64,000 bases of DNA from Chiloscyllium plagiosum (Eukaryota). The stretch covers positions 64,795,548 through 64,859,547 of the forward strand of contig NC_057718.1 in assembly GCF_004010195.1 (NCBI RefSeq), given 5' to 3'. Each line of letters opens with the position of its first letter. Positions within the stretch are counted from its first letter, which is position 1. Both the position numbers and the translations under genes were made by a program. Below, one piece after another: positions 12,369 to 24,070 of this stretch. Below the pieces are notes generated by a model. It had not been told where the DNA came from and searched no databases. It worked only from the letters and a program-made list of their open reading frames with translations.

Positions 12369-14907
12369 ATTATAAACAGATTATTTGGCTGCGCATAACT
12401 GTTCTTACACAAGCAGTCAGGTCTGCTGTCAAAGCCACTTTATGTAAAGGCTTCTCTCTCACACACTTTGAAAAATAGTTTAAGGGATCCACAAATCCAG
12501 TGTTCAAAAATTTTACTGCTCCCTGGTGAAATACGTTTTGACAAAAAAGAGCAGAAATGTAGAAAAAGCAAGTTATCATTCACACCCTTGAGCCTCCTCT
12601 GCCACTCAGTTAAATAACACTTAATCTGCATCTTTAACTTCATTTACCTACCTTGAACCCTTTATACCCTTGCATAACTAAAAAAACAACTACCCATCTC
12701 AATTTTGAAAGATTCAGTTAAACTACCTTCAACAACTCTTTGGCTAGGTACTACCAGATTTCCGTTATCCTTCAAAGAATTGTAAAAGTGCTTCCTGATA
12801 TTACCCCTAAACTAATTCTAATTTTAAGGTGATGCTTTTTCTTTTCCCTCCTTCACTGTCAAAAGAAATAGTTTGTCATGATTGTCCCTAACAACTATTG
12901 TCCCATTTGCTCTCACTGTACCATCTATTAGTCAGTACTGGCCTGAAGGAATCTCTGCCGTAAGTTGGGGAGATTTGTCACTTTGACTGGTTGCTCATGC
13001 ACAAAATGCACCATCAGGATGCAGCTAAAATTGAAGTGGTTATGTGAGACAAAACAGAAAATGATAGGAAGGGAGGACTGACCTTGTTTGAACCAGTTCA
13101 ATGTGTCATTTGCTCATTGATTTACCTTCTGCTGTCGTGGCACAGAAATTGCTTGGAATTATTAAAAACAGAAAACGCTGGAAATATTCATCAGAACAGG
13201 CAGAATTTTTCACATTCAGGGACTCTGAAAAGCCTTAAATCTGTTATGGTTTCACAGGAGAGTCTTGCAAAGTTTGTCTCATGGTTTCTCTGCAACATTT
13301 CCTGTGTGAGATATTGGCTAGGGCACAGAGCATTGTAAACTGAGAATACATTCCACAGATCTAAACCCTACAGGCGTCTGAGGAGAAGAAATCAAATGGA
13401 ATTCCCTGGTCATTGCTACAGTTCGCTCAATTCCAGCAGGACAATAGAGAGTGAGCAGCTACGTTACAGTATATTCAGTACAGTGACAGATGATTTTCAC
13501 CAAATTCCTTGATGGAATTTCCACTCACTCTTTAACGGGGCTACAGGATCATTAAAATAACACATAATTTAACTGCACTTAACGATAATATTTGGAGATG
13601 TCTCACCATCTCCTACAGTGCTTCTTTGATTTTCTTTAAAATACGTTTAGAACTCTCAACTAATCGCTTGCACCACAGGGATCAACTGAAGATAATGAGC
13701 CAAAGTTTATTGTGGCAAAGTAATGATGGTTCCTTCAGTTGCTAGACCTGCTCTTAATCAATTAATGGTGATGATAATTAAGACCGGGTGCAACTAACAG
13801 AAGGCACCGTTAACTGCTGATAAAGGTTGTATAAAATGGTGCAAAGCCCTTGACAAAACATCTGTTCTCATCCGAAATTGCTGCAGTATGCAACAAAAAT
13901 TATGATGTATTATCATTGTTCTTATATTGAGAACATTTTTGAGCTAATATATTCATCATTATATAGCCCATAAATACTTTAAAAACTTCCCTCTTCACCA
14001 GAGAACTGCAGTCTGATAAGCAGATGGTAACATGAATTTTATATTCCAGGTTGAGCTGGTTTCAGAGTGGTTGAGAAACTCAGAAACAACACAATGAGCC
14101 TCATGTGCTAACTAGATTGTTCCAGCAGAGGGCGAGCCTCCCCTTTAGCATATTGGCCAGTACATCCATCACTGTTTGCTGTGTGGAAGTGACCATCCAG
14201 ATGATCATGAATCTGAAATGTTCACTCTGTTTCTCTCACCACAGATGCTGCTAAAGCTGCTCAGCATTTTCTATTTATTTTTTAGTCCAGAAATTTTGAC
14301 TAGGCTTCTTAACTACATGTTTATAACAGGTACCTAAGGTGGACAAAACCAGTATGACAGACAGGATAGACAGAATACACCACAAAAGTTCTGCCAGTGA
14401 GTTGAATCTGGTCAACAAGTAAAATTGGTGTTACATTCATTGTACAAGCTGGCATCTACACACATCATAGTTTCAGGCCACTACGACACTCTGATTGCCA
14501 ATTCAACACAGCATGTGCTGTACAGACGGCAATTGAAAATTTTTACAATGTTCTTATTCATTACTAGGTTGGCAGATATTGCCAACCTTTCAACAAGATC
14601 CTTAAAGGGACTGCCGGAGGATGTATGCCAAATAAATATGATTTATGTCTTTTATATTAGCACCTTAGTCCTTGTCACCCACACTCACTTCCCAAATTGG
14701 CTTCTCTAAAGCATTCCTCAAGCTGTCAGGAAAAGTGACCCAGCTAGTCCTGTAGCACACCCAGTGGCTGACTCTGGATTTGTTCAGATTTCCATACCTT
14801 GCCCATACAATCCTAAGGACCAGCTTGTGATGGCTCTGCTGCTGACCTCATCGGGTACTTGAGAATGGGCTTGACCTAGTTCTGGTAGACCTAGTTTCTA
14901 GTCAAAT

Positions 14908-15240
14908 GGATGGCACAGTGGCTCAGTGGTTAGCACTGCTGCCTCACAGCGCCAGGAACCTGGGTTTGATTCCAGCCTCAGGTGACTGTGTGAAGTTTGC
15001 ATGTTGGACCCGTGTCTGCGTAGGTTTCCTCTGGGTCCTCTAGTTTCCCCCCAAAGTCCAAAGATGAGCAGATTAGATGGATTGGCCAAGATAACTTGCT
15101 TATAATGTCCACAGATGTGCAGACTATGTGGATTAGCCAGGGGAACTGTAGGGTTACAGAGATAAAAGAGGGGACTGGGTGTGGTGGGATGCTCTTCAGA
15201 GGCACAGTGTGAACATAATTGGCCAAATGGGAATCTATGC
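14908..15240 (+). mobile_element. HE1-type SINE
   Basis: TGGCTCAGTGG A-box, GGTTTGATTCC B-box, same core as the 9604 copy. Confidence 0.82.
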
Positions 15241-15569
15241 CTCCGCTTCCTGCTACCAGGATAATTTTTTTAAAAAATCCTCGTTCCAACATCATTTCCA
15301 ATGTTTCTGCAAGCTAGTTAAATAACAAAAGCTGAATGTGAGATCAGAAAGTCCTTGAACTCTTCTCTGTGTTTAAACTCAGATATGCAATGGGAGATAC
15401 CTTAGTGAGGAATGTTTCAATGTTTGAAGATGTCACTAATGAGATGCATGTGAACAACACAATAGAAACTATTGAATGCCTCAGGGTCTCTTATCCAGAG
15501 TGAAGTGTGAAGTCCATTTACTTTCTCAAGTGATGAATCCCTCACAAGTAATTATGAGTTGCCATTTAG

Positions 15570-15826
15570 TGGAATTGTCCTTTGTGCTATCCTGACTGTC
15601 CGCCACCATTTGCAAGTTCCCCTCCGAGACAGTGACCATCCTGACTTGGAAATATATTGCTTCAGTGTTGCTGGATCATAATCTTTTAATCCCCTCCCTA
15701 ATAGTCTACCTACACCAAATGGGTTTAGTGGCAGCTCACCACCACTTTTTCAAGGGCAATTAGGGACGGGTAAAAAAATGCTGGTCCAGCCAGCGATATT
15801 ATACTCCAGCACTGAAGAAAAAAAAG
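15570..15826 (+). mobile_element. LINE 3'-end fragment (probably the tRNA-headed family)
   Basis: caccaccacttttcaagggcaattaggga...aaatgctggtccagccagcgat followed by an A-rich end; the tail matches the SINE-form tail at 7880-7935. Confidence 0.55.
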
Positions 15827-16432
15827 TACTTATTCTTTAGTCATGTTTGAAATAAAAACTAATTTTACTCATTTACTTCAAAAGCCACTCTCCTTTTTCC
15901 TCACATCCAATGTCTCATGACTTTTGACAATAGAAACAGAGGCCAATAATATCCCCAAAGCCCTGTGTTTTGAAATGAGAGATAAAGAAACTTTACTGAA
16001 CCTCATTGCAAAGCAATAAATGTAAGTTTGATTGCATAATAATCAGAAGGGTTCAAGATATACATTCCCCTGCAACAAGGGAGATAACAGACAGTCTGAC
16101 ACTCAGTTATGGAAGTCTATCAGACTCAAAATGGCTGTGGAAATAATCCTTCTGTCCATATTCAAATCCTTTCCCAGGAAGGACTGAATGGGACAACTGT
16201 GAAGGGAGCTGGGCGCAAGTTACTCCCCCTAAGGTGGCATGAAGTAATGAAGTACTGTGACCCAACCTTGCAAGACCCTCCCCCCCCCCCACCAATTTAA
16301 CCAACAAATCACTCATGTCCTTCTGATAAATTGTCACTGAATACTTCTAACTGACATTTCATGTGCAGGACAATGGGAACAATTACAAAGTACCAGGCAT
16401 TTTTCTGTGAGTTGCTTATGACAAACTACATC

Positions 16433-16468
16433 TGAGTGAGTGAGTGAGTGAGTGAGTGAGTGAGTGAG
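16433..16468 (+). repeat. (TGAG)9 microsatellite
   Basis: Nine perfect TGAG units counted directly. Confidence 0.97.
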
Positions 16469-16629
16469 TCTCAGCCAGGATGATGTAAGGTCCCAACATT
16501 TACCTTCAATATATGAAAGTTCAGAGGAGCAACATTGGCTATGATTTTCCTCATTACTATCTACAGACCCTAGCTCAAAGTGTTGGTGCTTATTTTAGTA
16601 GTCATCTAGTCGTACAGAATTTGAGGAAA

Positions 16630-17372
16630 ACAGAAAAGTCACATTTTATTGATGATTTGCACTTTGCACTCATAAGGACAATTTGCAAAAAAAAACACCA
16701 AAATCAAAGAAAACTATTTAAAATGGATAAGAAGTGACTGCTGGTTGGTTAGCAAGTGAACTCTGATTAGTCAAGGAAGTCTCAAAGACTGTTCCCTGCC
16801 AATAATGACTGACAGGCTTAACTGTTAAGCTTTGCTTAAATTTAGAACTCTGGTCAAGACACGCTATGGCAAATGAACAGGAGAGTGGCTGTCACCTATT
16901 TTGTGATAAAATAGGCACAGATTGTATACATGTTCTTTCTGTAAGCAATGAACAGAGCATTGAGTGCCAAACTACATTGTCAATCACAGTATGGCATAAT
17001 TGCATAATGTATTGGAATCTTCATATATTAATGCACAATTTTCCCTTCTATGCATACAGAAAGAACATGTACACAAATTGCACATGCTTTAATGCAAAAT
17101 AGAGGACAGCAGTTCTATGTATCATTTCTCAGGTTTATGCCTTTAACAATCAGAATCCACCTGCCTTTTTAAAATTTAAACAATACTTGGTGGTTAACTG
17201 TCAGTCATTGGTGATTGGTACTATTTTCCATGGAAATGCCTCAACTACATACAGTCCACTTACCAACGAATCAGAATGCTCTTATTTTCTCAAAAAGTCT
17301 TTTCTTTTTACTTGAATACTTCTTGCAAATTGTCCTGATTAAGGGCAAGACTAGAAACTTCAGCAAAATGGG
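16630..17372. repeat. Old imperfect inverted repeat (probable PLE terminal-repeat pair)
   Basis: Arms at about 16630-16860 and 17150-17372 share anchors in opposite orientation: aatgactgacag/ctgtcagtcatt, ggacaatttgcaa/ttgcaaattgtcc, ttaaattt/aaatttaa. Confidence 0.65.
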
Positions 17373-18479
17373 TTAAATTTATTGTTGGATAAGGACAGAA
17401 TCCAGATCAATAGTAGTTCCCCATGAGTGAAAACCCTTCTGTCATTACTGTCAAGGTTCATATACAAGCAATGACTTCTTGGGTGTGGAGTTAGAAGCTA
17501 ACTGCTCATCATTCAGTCCAGTAGAGGTCAATGTCTTCCAGTGAGAAACAGCAGGAAGAAAACTTAGAAGAAACATTGTTTCCCAGTACCTTCTTTGATT
17601 GTTAATGGTAGAATTGCAGCATTTCTGATTCTAACACTAATAAATGCTCTATTAGGGCATAATACTCCTTTCAATGTAAGCACATCATACAAGACTACAG
17701 GCGAAAGCCACATTTAGAAACAGAACTATGTAAAACCTGGTCAACTGCAGGCTGCTATTGCATTGTCTTATCACAGTACTCCATACATATCCATCAATGA
17801 AAAAAACAGTGCTTGCAGCCTCGTGTCCTTTCATACTCAAAATACATTGTGCTTCTTGCAACTTCACATTATTACAGGACATTAAAAAAATGCAACTATC
17901 GGATATGAGAAAACATCAATGAGGGTGTTAGATTGATTCACAAACATTTCTTTGGAGCAGAATTGCTGTCTCCTGAAAAAAAATAAAACCAGTTTAGCCA
18001 CCATAAACCTTTAAACAGGATTCTCAGTCGAGAACGCTCTGCTCCAAACTGATGTAACTTTTCAGTCCCTTTTTTTTTAAACAATTAGAGGTAACAACAT
18101 TGCTCCACTTTTTCAAGAGCATCAAATACAAGTGTTTTCTCAAAGCACTTGCTTATTTCTCCTTTTCCACTTATAAAAGAGATTAAACCTAGTTTACACA
18201 ACCAATATTTGCCCATTCTTTTCAAACATCATCAGGCAAAAAAACTAATGTACTCCAGAAAGGGAAGTGGTGTTTGTTCATCTCCTGTTATCTTTACAGT
18301 GCTGCAAGTTAGGTGAATGATCCTTTGTTTTTGTCAAACACTGAATAATAGAAGCCTGAAACTAGGCTCAACCTTTGTGAATACTTTGGGTCAGTTGGGG
18401 CTTCTTGCATTGGCCAGGAAAGGACCACATTTTTACATATAATGAATAGAAACTTCCTAGAGGTGTTGTTCAATAGTTG

Positions 18480-18605
18480 TTATAGTCTTGTAGAAGTCAA
18501 TCTTTTCATTCCTCTTCGTTGAGCCAGGTTTGATGCCATTACAGGTTCTAGTCTTGGTGCCTGAGGTGTGCGGTTTAAAGCAAAGTACGTGGCAGCCATT
18601 GCACC
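18480..18605 (-). CDS. RPS6KA2: RSK3 last coding exon (autoinhibitory helix, ERK docking site, PDZ-binding tail, stop)
   Basis: 126 nt after ttgcag acceptor. [41 protein letters not shown] then TAA; LAQRR docking motif and STRL terminus are RSK3-like. Confidence 0.97.
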   Translation of the reverse strand, partial: GAMAATYFALNRTPQAPRLEPVMASNLAQRRGMKRLTSTRL

Positions 18606-18953
18606 CTGCAATAAGATTTAAAACAAAAATCGGTGAAGTGGACATTACAAGATACATTCCAACTGCTTGAGTACTAGACATAGTTTAATTGTCTCTCACC
18701 TCTTTTCCCTTATTTGGATACAAACTTTCCTACACAACACCCGTGTGACTGTTCTTAGTATGAAAGGCTAGACAGGAGTGTTGGCAGCTAGTAGACCTTA
18801 GAGTGCATTACAGTCAAAACAAATTAAAAGTACACATTGCAGTAATAGACAATGAATGTCGGTTAGAAATTAGATCTGTAACTAACCTATCCTTAGGTAA
18901 GTGGGATTTTAAGAAATAATTTAATAGAGGGTAAATATGCAGTTGGAGCGATA

Positions 18954-19267
18954 TTTTTTATTCATTCATGGGATGTGGGTAACCCAGTGTTAGTGTCTGG
19001 TCCTAACTGGAGTCAACCATGGGTCTGGAGTCACATGTGGATTAGACCAGGTAAGGATGGTAGATTTCCTTCCCTAAAGGGCATTAATGAACAAGATCAG
19101 TCTTTTACATGATGATCAACAGAGTCGCCAATTAGACCACTTTTTTAAAAAATTGAATTCACGTTTCACCTTTTGCCATGGTGGGATCTGACCACAATGT
19201 CTTCACAGGCTAACCTGAGGTCTGGAATACTGGCCCTGTGACTTTACTGCTATGCCACAATCTTCCC
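18954..19267 (-). mobile_element. SINE-length element with the tRNA-like head and body of the 61665 LINE family
   Basis: Minus strand gggaagattgtggcatagcag head, cccaccatggca, tttagggaaggaaatctaccatccttacctggtct body, cccacatcccatgaatgaataaaaaa tail. Confidence 0.72.
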
Positions 19268-19437
19268 TTGGTTAATAAAATAGTTTTTTGGCTGCATCCA
19301 AGGGACAGAATTTAATAACAAAAATTGTAAAGCTCAACATACTGTTTAATGGTTGATTCAAATTGGCCTTTGAGCCACTATAAAAGAAATGCAGCAAATT
19401 GGAAGTGGGTAGCATTTACCCCACATTTGCTGCATAC

Positions 19438-19870
19438 TTAGACTGAACAGGCTGGGGCTGTTTTCCCTGGAGCGTTGGAGGCTGAGGGGTGACCTTATAG
19501 AGGTTTACAAAATTATGAGGGGCATGGATAGGATAAATAGACAAAGTCTTTTCCCTGGGGTCGTGGAGTCCAGAACTAGAGGGCATAGGTTTAGGGTGAG
19601 AGGGGAAAGATAAAAAAGAGACCTCAGGGGCAACTTTTTCACACAGAGGGTGGTACGTGTATGGAATGAGCTGCCAGAGGATGTGGTGGAGGCTGGTACA
19701 ATTGCAACATTTAAGAGGCATTTGGATGGCTATATGAATAGGAAGGGTTTGGAGGGATATGGGCCGGGTGCTGGCAGGTGGGACTAGATTGGGTTGGGAT
19801 ATCTGGTCGGCATGGACGGGTTGGACCGAAGGATCTGTTTCCATGCTGTACATCTCTATGACTCTATGAC
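19438..19870 (+). mobile_element. Young CR1/HER1 LINE 3' end
   Basis: Nearly identical to 43653-44055 and to the reverse complement of 6750-7140; tail ctctatgactctatgact. Confidence 0.92.
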
Positions 19871-20351
19871 TCCAGCAGCATATTATATATGCAGCAAATG
19901 AAGAAGGAGCAAATGACATGCAACCCAGAGGAAGGGAGGAAATTGCAACTGAGATGGAAAGCCACTGATTTGTCTTATTGTTTAATTTTTGATTTTCTGC
20001 CACAACTTTGGTTAGGCTGTCGAAGGTAAATCCAGCTTTATATTTCCACAATTAAACTTGAATTGCATTTTTGTTTGTGAGGAAAATACATTAATTAATG
20101 AGGTTAAGTATAAAAGCAATCAGTGTTTATATAATGGTCCCTGGATTTTCCACTGGGGAAATTGTAGGGTCAAAGATGTGTCTCTTAATTTTTAGCTGTG
20201 TGTTATCATTATTCTCCATCCTAATTGTTTGGGAGAAATTCCCACATTTTCCTGGTTTTTGATATATTCCATTATTGTTGATCTAAAAGAGTAGATTCAT
20301 CTAAAGAGTCATCAATCGATATAGAATAAAGAACTTCGGATGCTACAATTT

Positions 20352-20545
20352 TGACACAAAACTGAAATTACTGGAGAAACTTAGTAAGTCTGACAGCATC
20401 TGTGGAAAGAAAGCAGAGTCAAAATATTGAGTCCATTAACCTTTCTTCCAAACAGTTCAGAAAAAGGGTCACGAGATTCAAAATGGTAGTTCTGCTTTCT
20501 CTGTCAGACCTGCTGATTTTCTCCAGCAAGTTTTGTTTTTGTTTC
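20352..20545. mobile_element. Old PLE-derived inverted pair (ccacagatgctg family)
   Basis: acaaaactgaaattactggagaaacttagtaagtctgacag pairs with ctgtcagacctgctgattttctccagcaagttttgt; related units at about 1880, 5240, 14200, 26190, 50710 and 58750. Confidence 0.6.
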
Positions 20546-20669
20546 ACCAATGGATATATTTACTTGAGTTCTTTTCTTACCAAAAACAGCCTAATTATAT
20601 TTTTAACGCTGAACCAGGATTAAGCATCTTGGAAGAAATCCCATATTTTGGCACTTTCTAGTCAACTTG

Positions 20670-20760
20670 TATCAGAGATGTTATTACACTTTTCTGGAGC
20701 AGGATGAGACTTGAACCTAGGTTTCCCAGCTCAGAGGTAGGCACTGTGCCACAGCACCCC
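20670..20760 (-). mobile_element. Short tRNA-derived SINE fragment
   Basis: Minus strand tgtggcacagtg...ctgagctgggaaacctaggttcaagtctca; matches the plus-strand copy at 23956-24070. Confidence 0.55.
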
Positions 20761-22559
20761 GAAATCACAGACTATATGAAGATTAAAGGGATTCCTTCCT
20801 CCGTTGGCTGTCAACAAACAATATAGAGGTTTTAGGAAGTCTTGACCTCTGCCTGAAGTCAGAGGACAGTATGCTAAAAGGAAAACAAGTTTTAATTTGT
20901 GGTGATATTATATTTCTCTGAGCGGGATTCAGCAGATTATTTCTACATTTTTTACAAGAATGAAACCATGATCATCCACAAAATCATTTATGCACTGCTT
21001 CATGCAGAGTAGAATTAAAACCATCCCTTGATAGCATTATATGACACTCATCATTGCATTCTCCATTTAGATGGATCAGATCTGAAATACCTTACCTCAA
21101 TTTTCCGGTGACACCAAGAAAAGCAACTTCCCAAACTCTTCAATCTTGACCTACAGCACCGCTGACTGTCACCAGTAAAGTCCTCTGTTACCTGGCAACT
21201 CTCATTACACAACTACACACATTGCTCTCTTCCTCAAAATGAGGCAGCCAAGAGGTGAAGCTAACCTACCAATATTGCTGGACGTCCTTTGTTTATCCAA
21301 GAGTTGTTAACCTGTGTTGAAAACTGCATTTCCTGTGATTCCAAGTGAAAACACTTTCACTTATTACAGAAATTTTAAAGTCATGATCTTTCACCTCCAC
21401 TGTATGTTATTGTGATTGATGACAGGAGTGAAATCTATCAACCAGTTGCAATGCACCACAATACAATGATTACATTGAACTCTCTTACTCACTGGTTTCC
21501 TGGATCACTCCGACAATCAAAAATGGAAGCATTAAGTTGAACTGGACAATCCAACAGGATAAGGAATTGAGATGCTCCACACAGTCAGCAGCAGAAAACT
21601 GTGGGAATGAGGGCAGTGCTGCACACTCACTCAGAACAAAAGTCAGCAGTGAGAAGAATGAAGCAAGGTTGCTTGTTTCCAGCATGGTATGGCTGAGAGG
21701 AGGATTTCTTTCTAGTCCAACACCATCAGCCATGACAGCACCAAAACTCCTGTGGCTCATTTACTTTAATAAGCTCAACTGACCCTTAGTTATACTGAGT
21801 GGGGTGCCGGTTTCAATGCCCAATCCCCACCCTCTGTACTATAGGGTCAGTTTAGGGATAGCACTGGTTTGATTACATTTTCCCTGCTGGGAACAGGGGC
21901 ATGTAATATCCCATCCCATCCTATGTATTCCATCTCTTTCCAACTGCTTTTTTTTTAGTAATTACTTTTCCTTCTGGATGGTTTTGCCACATTAAACTTT
22001 TCTCACAAAACAGCAACATGATTGTTCCACTGCCCATTTGGTGCAAGTACAAATTGAAAATAAATGAGTATTTATTGAATATTGAATATTGTCTAGGTTA
22101 GACTGTCACGATAAACCTATTTCACACTGTGCCCATGCTGCTGTAATACTAACACACTGCTGCACAGAAGGCTGGCATGATGTTCAGCATCTATCATGCC
22201 CACAGTGTCTCAGTTCTCTGATTTCTGCCATGTCCTGAGGAGATGATGCTGAAGTGATAGATTGGAAGCGATTCAGAGTTCAACCTCAGGACTTCCTTGA
22301 GACTGGTTATGGAGTATAGAAAGAGGCTACAAATGGGGTCTTCAGTTCATTGCATTGATGATCATGAAAACTGTACAGACCACTACTTGGTGTTCTTTAA
22401 GACAAGTTGCTAATGGTCCTAAAAGAGTATTTTGGGTACTTTCATTCCTCAGTAAGAACACCTCCCTGCAGCCATGCAGAAGGGACTTCAGAATAGTGAG
22501 TACAGAAGATACAGAAGTAAAAGCCATGCCTACATGTAAACAAAGTGACTGGAACTTGC

Positions 22560-22697
22560 CTTGACTAAATGAGCATCATGTCTGCTGAGCTGATTCTGAG
22601 ATAGAAATTCCCGATTCACTATCCAGGGATGTCGAAGGACCTGTGCAGCTGTGTGCCTTTGATGAGGATCTACATGCAGCAGTTTAGATACCATATC
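22560..22697 (-). CDS. RPS6KA2: RSK3 penultimate coding exon (subdomain XI)
   Basis: 138 nt, ctgcag acceptor; donor is AAG|gcaagt (GC). [46 protein letters not shown]. Confidence 0.94.
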
Positions 22698-23219
22698 CTG
22701 CAGAAGAAATTTCAATATATTAGACAAACAACAACATTTATCTCCTTTGACCTGGTCTAAGTTTATCTGATTTAATTCCTGTGAAGAAACTTGAAATCTT
22801 TTGCCACATTAAAGGAGTGAGTTGTTTTGAAATTATATCATGTAAAACTCAAACAGATATACAGATTAACCTCTGCATAGCTTTACTGCCACTTATTTTG
22901 GTAAATGCACTTAATTATTTGAAAAGAATTTGTGCCTCTGTGGTATCTTCCACATTGTCAGTGCACCCCAAATCCACTTATAGGCAACAAATTACTTTTT
23001 AAATATGCAGTAATAGAAACTTACATTTAGATCACATCTTTTATGTCGTGTAATGTTCCAAAATACTTAATAGCCTCATTATCTAAATCTGACACCAAAT
23101 CTCATAAAAGGATTTCAATACTGATAATTAGAAGTTTGATCAAAGATGTCGTTTTTACAGAGACTTTGAAGTAAGGGGAGAAAGGTGGACAGTTTGAAGG
23201 AGGAAATTTAGCAGAAGAG

Positions 23220-23655
23220 AGATTCACAAGGAAGCTGCCCAGGCTGGAAGGTCTGTGTTACAAGAAATGATTGGATAGGCTGGGATTGTTTACTTGGAAC
23301 AGTAAAGGTTGAGAAGAAACCTGATAGAAGTTAATAAGATAATGAGGCACATAGGATGAATAGGAAAACTCTTTTCCCATTACTATAGAAGCCATAAGAT
23401 ATAGAAGGTTAAGAATAGAATTGAGGAGAAATATTTTTAACTACAGGGTGGTAGGAGCTTGGAACCCACTGCCTGAAAGGGTGGTTAAAATAGAAACCCA
23501 TAACATGTAAGCAGTAGATTAAAAAATATATTCACTTGCAATGCTATAATGCTCAGGTAAAGTTAAACTAGTGTAGTGAATCCTTTGTTGACCAACATGA
23601 GTATGATGGGCTGGGTGGCCTTCTTCTGTACTACAAAGGTTAATGAGTCTATAAA
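23220..23655 (+). mobile_element. Old CR1 LINE 3' end
   Basis: Decayed ggataggctgggattgtttacttggaacagtaaaggttgagaagaaacctgatagaagt (RLGLFxLExxRLRxxLIEV). Confidence 0.7.
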
Positions 23656-23955
23656 TTCCTTCAGGCTTCAGGCCTAGTCATAGTTTCATGTTGTTAGCAC
23701 ATTTCACCAAGATTTTAATAAGCAGCAAAAAGACAAATAAACAATTAACCTATTTTCAGTCATTGTGGGTAGTGATAAATTATGACCAAAATAGCTCCAT
23801 GATTCTGAAGCTAAAGTAAGAACCTTGATTTTGCACCTCATCTGAAAGATGTCATTTTTGTCAATGTCTTGTTAAGGTTTGTTAATTTTATTGTTCAGGT
23901 TAAATGCAACAGGGTCGTAGATATTAGTTGTTTTTGAGCACATATAAATAATTTG

Positions 23956-24070
23956 GGGGGCTCTTGTGGCACAGTGAATCTGAGTCAGGAGACCTGGGCT
24001 CAAGTCCCAGCTGCTCTGGATGTCTATAGTAATATCGCTGAACAAACTGACATAGGAATATCTATAAATA
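23956..24070 (+). mobile_element. Short tRNA-derived SINE fragment
   Basis: gtggcacagtg A-box-like and gggctcaagtccc B-box-like motifs. Confidence 0.55.

Noticed and set aside
1..16400. Exons of a downstream neighbouring gene
   Set aside because: I found no recognisable non-transposon peptide with splice sites; very short exons could have been missed.
19416..20051. 211-aa minus-strand ORF in the last intron
   Set aside because: It is mostly the antisense reading of a CR1 3' end; the same peptide appears at 6766 and 43810.
21485..21782. Overlapping 81-91 aa ORFs in the last RSK3 intron as a nested gene or alternative exon
   Set aside because: No recognisable domain and no convincing splice pattern; the length is within chance expectation.
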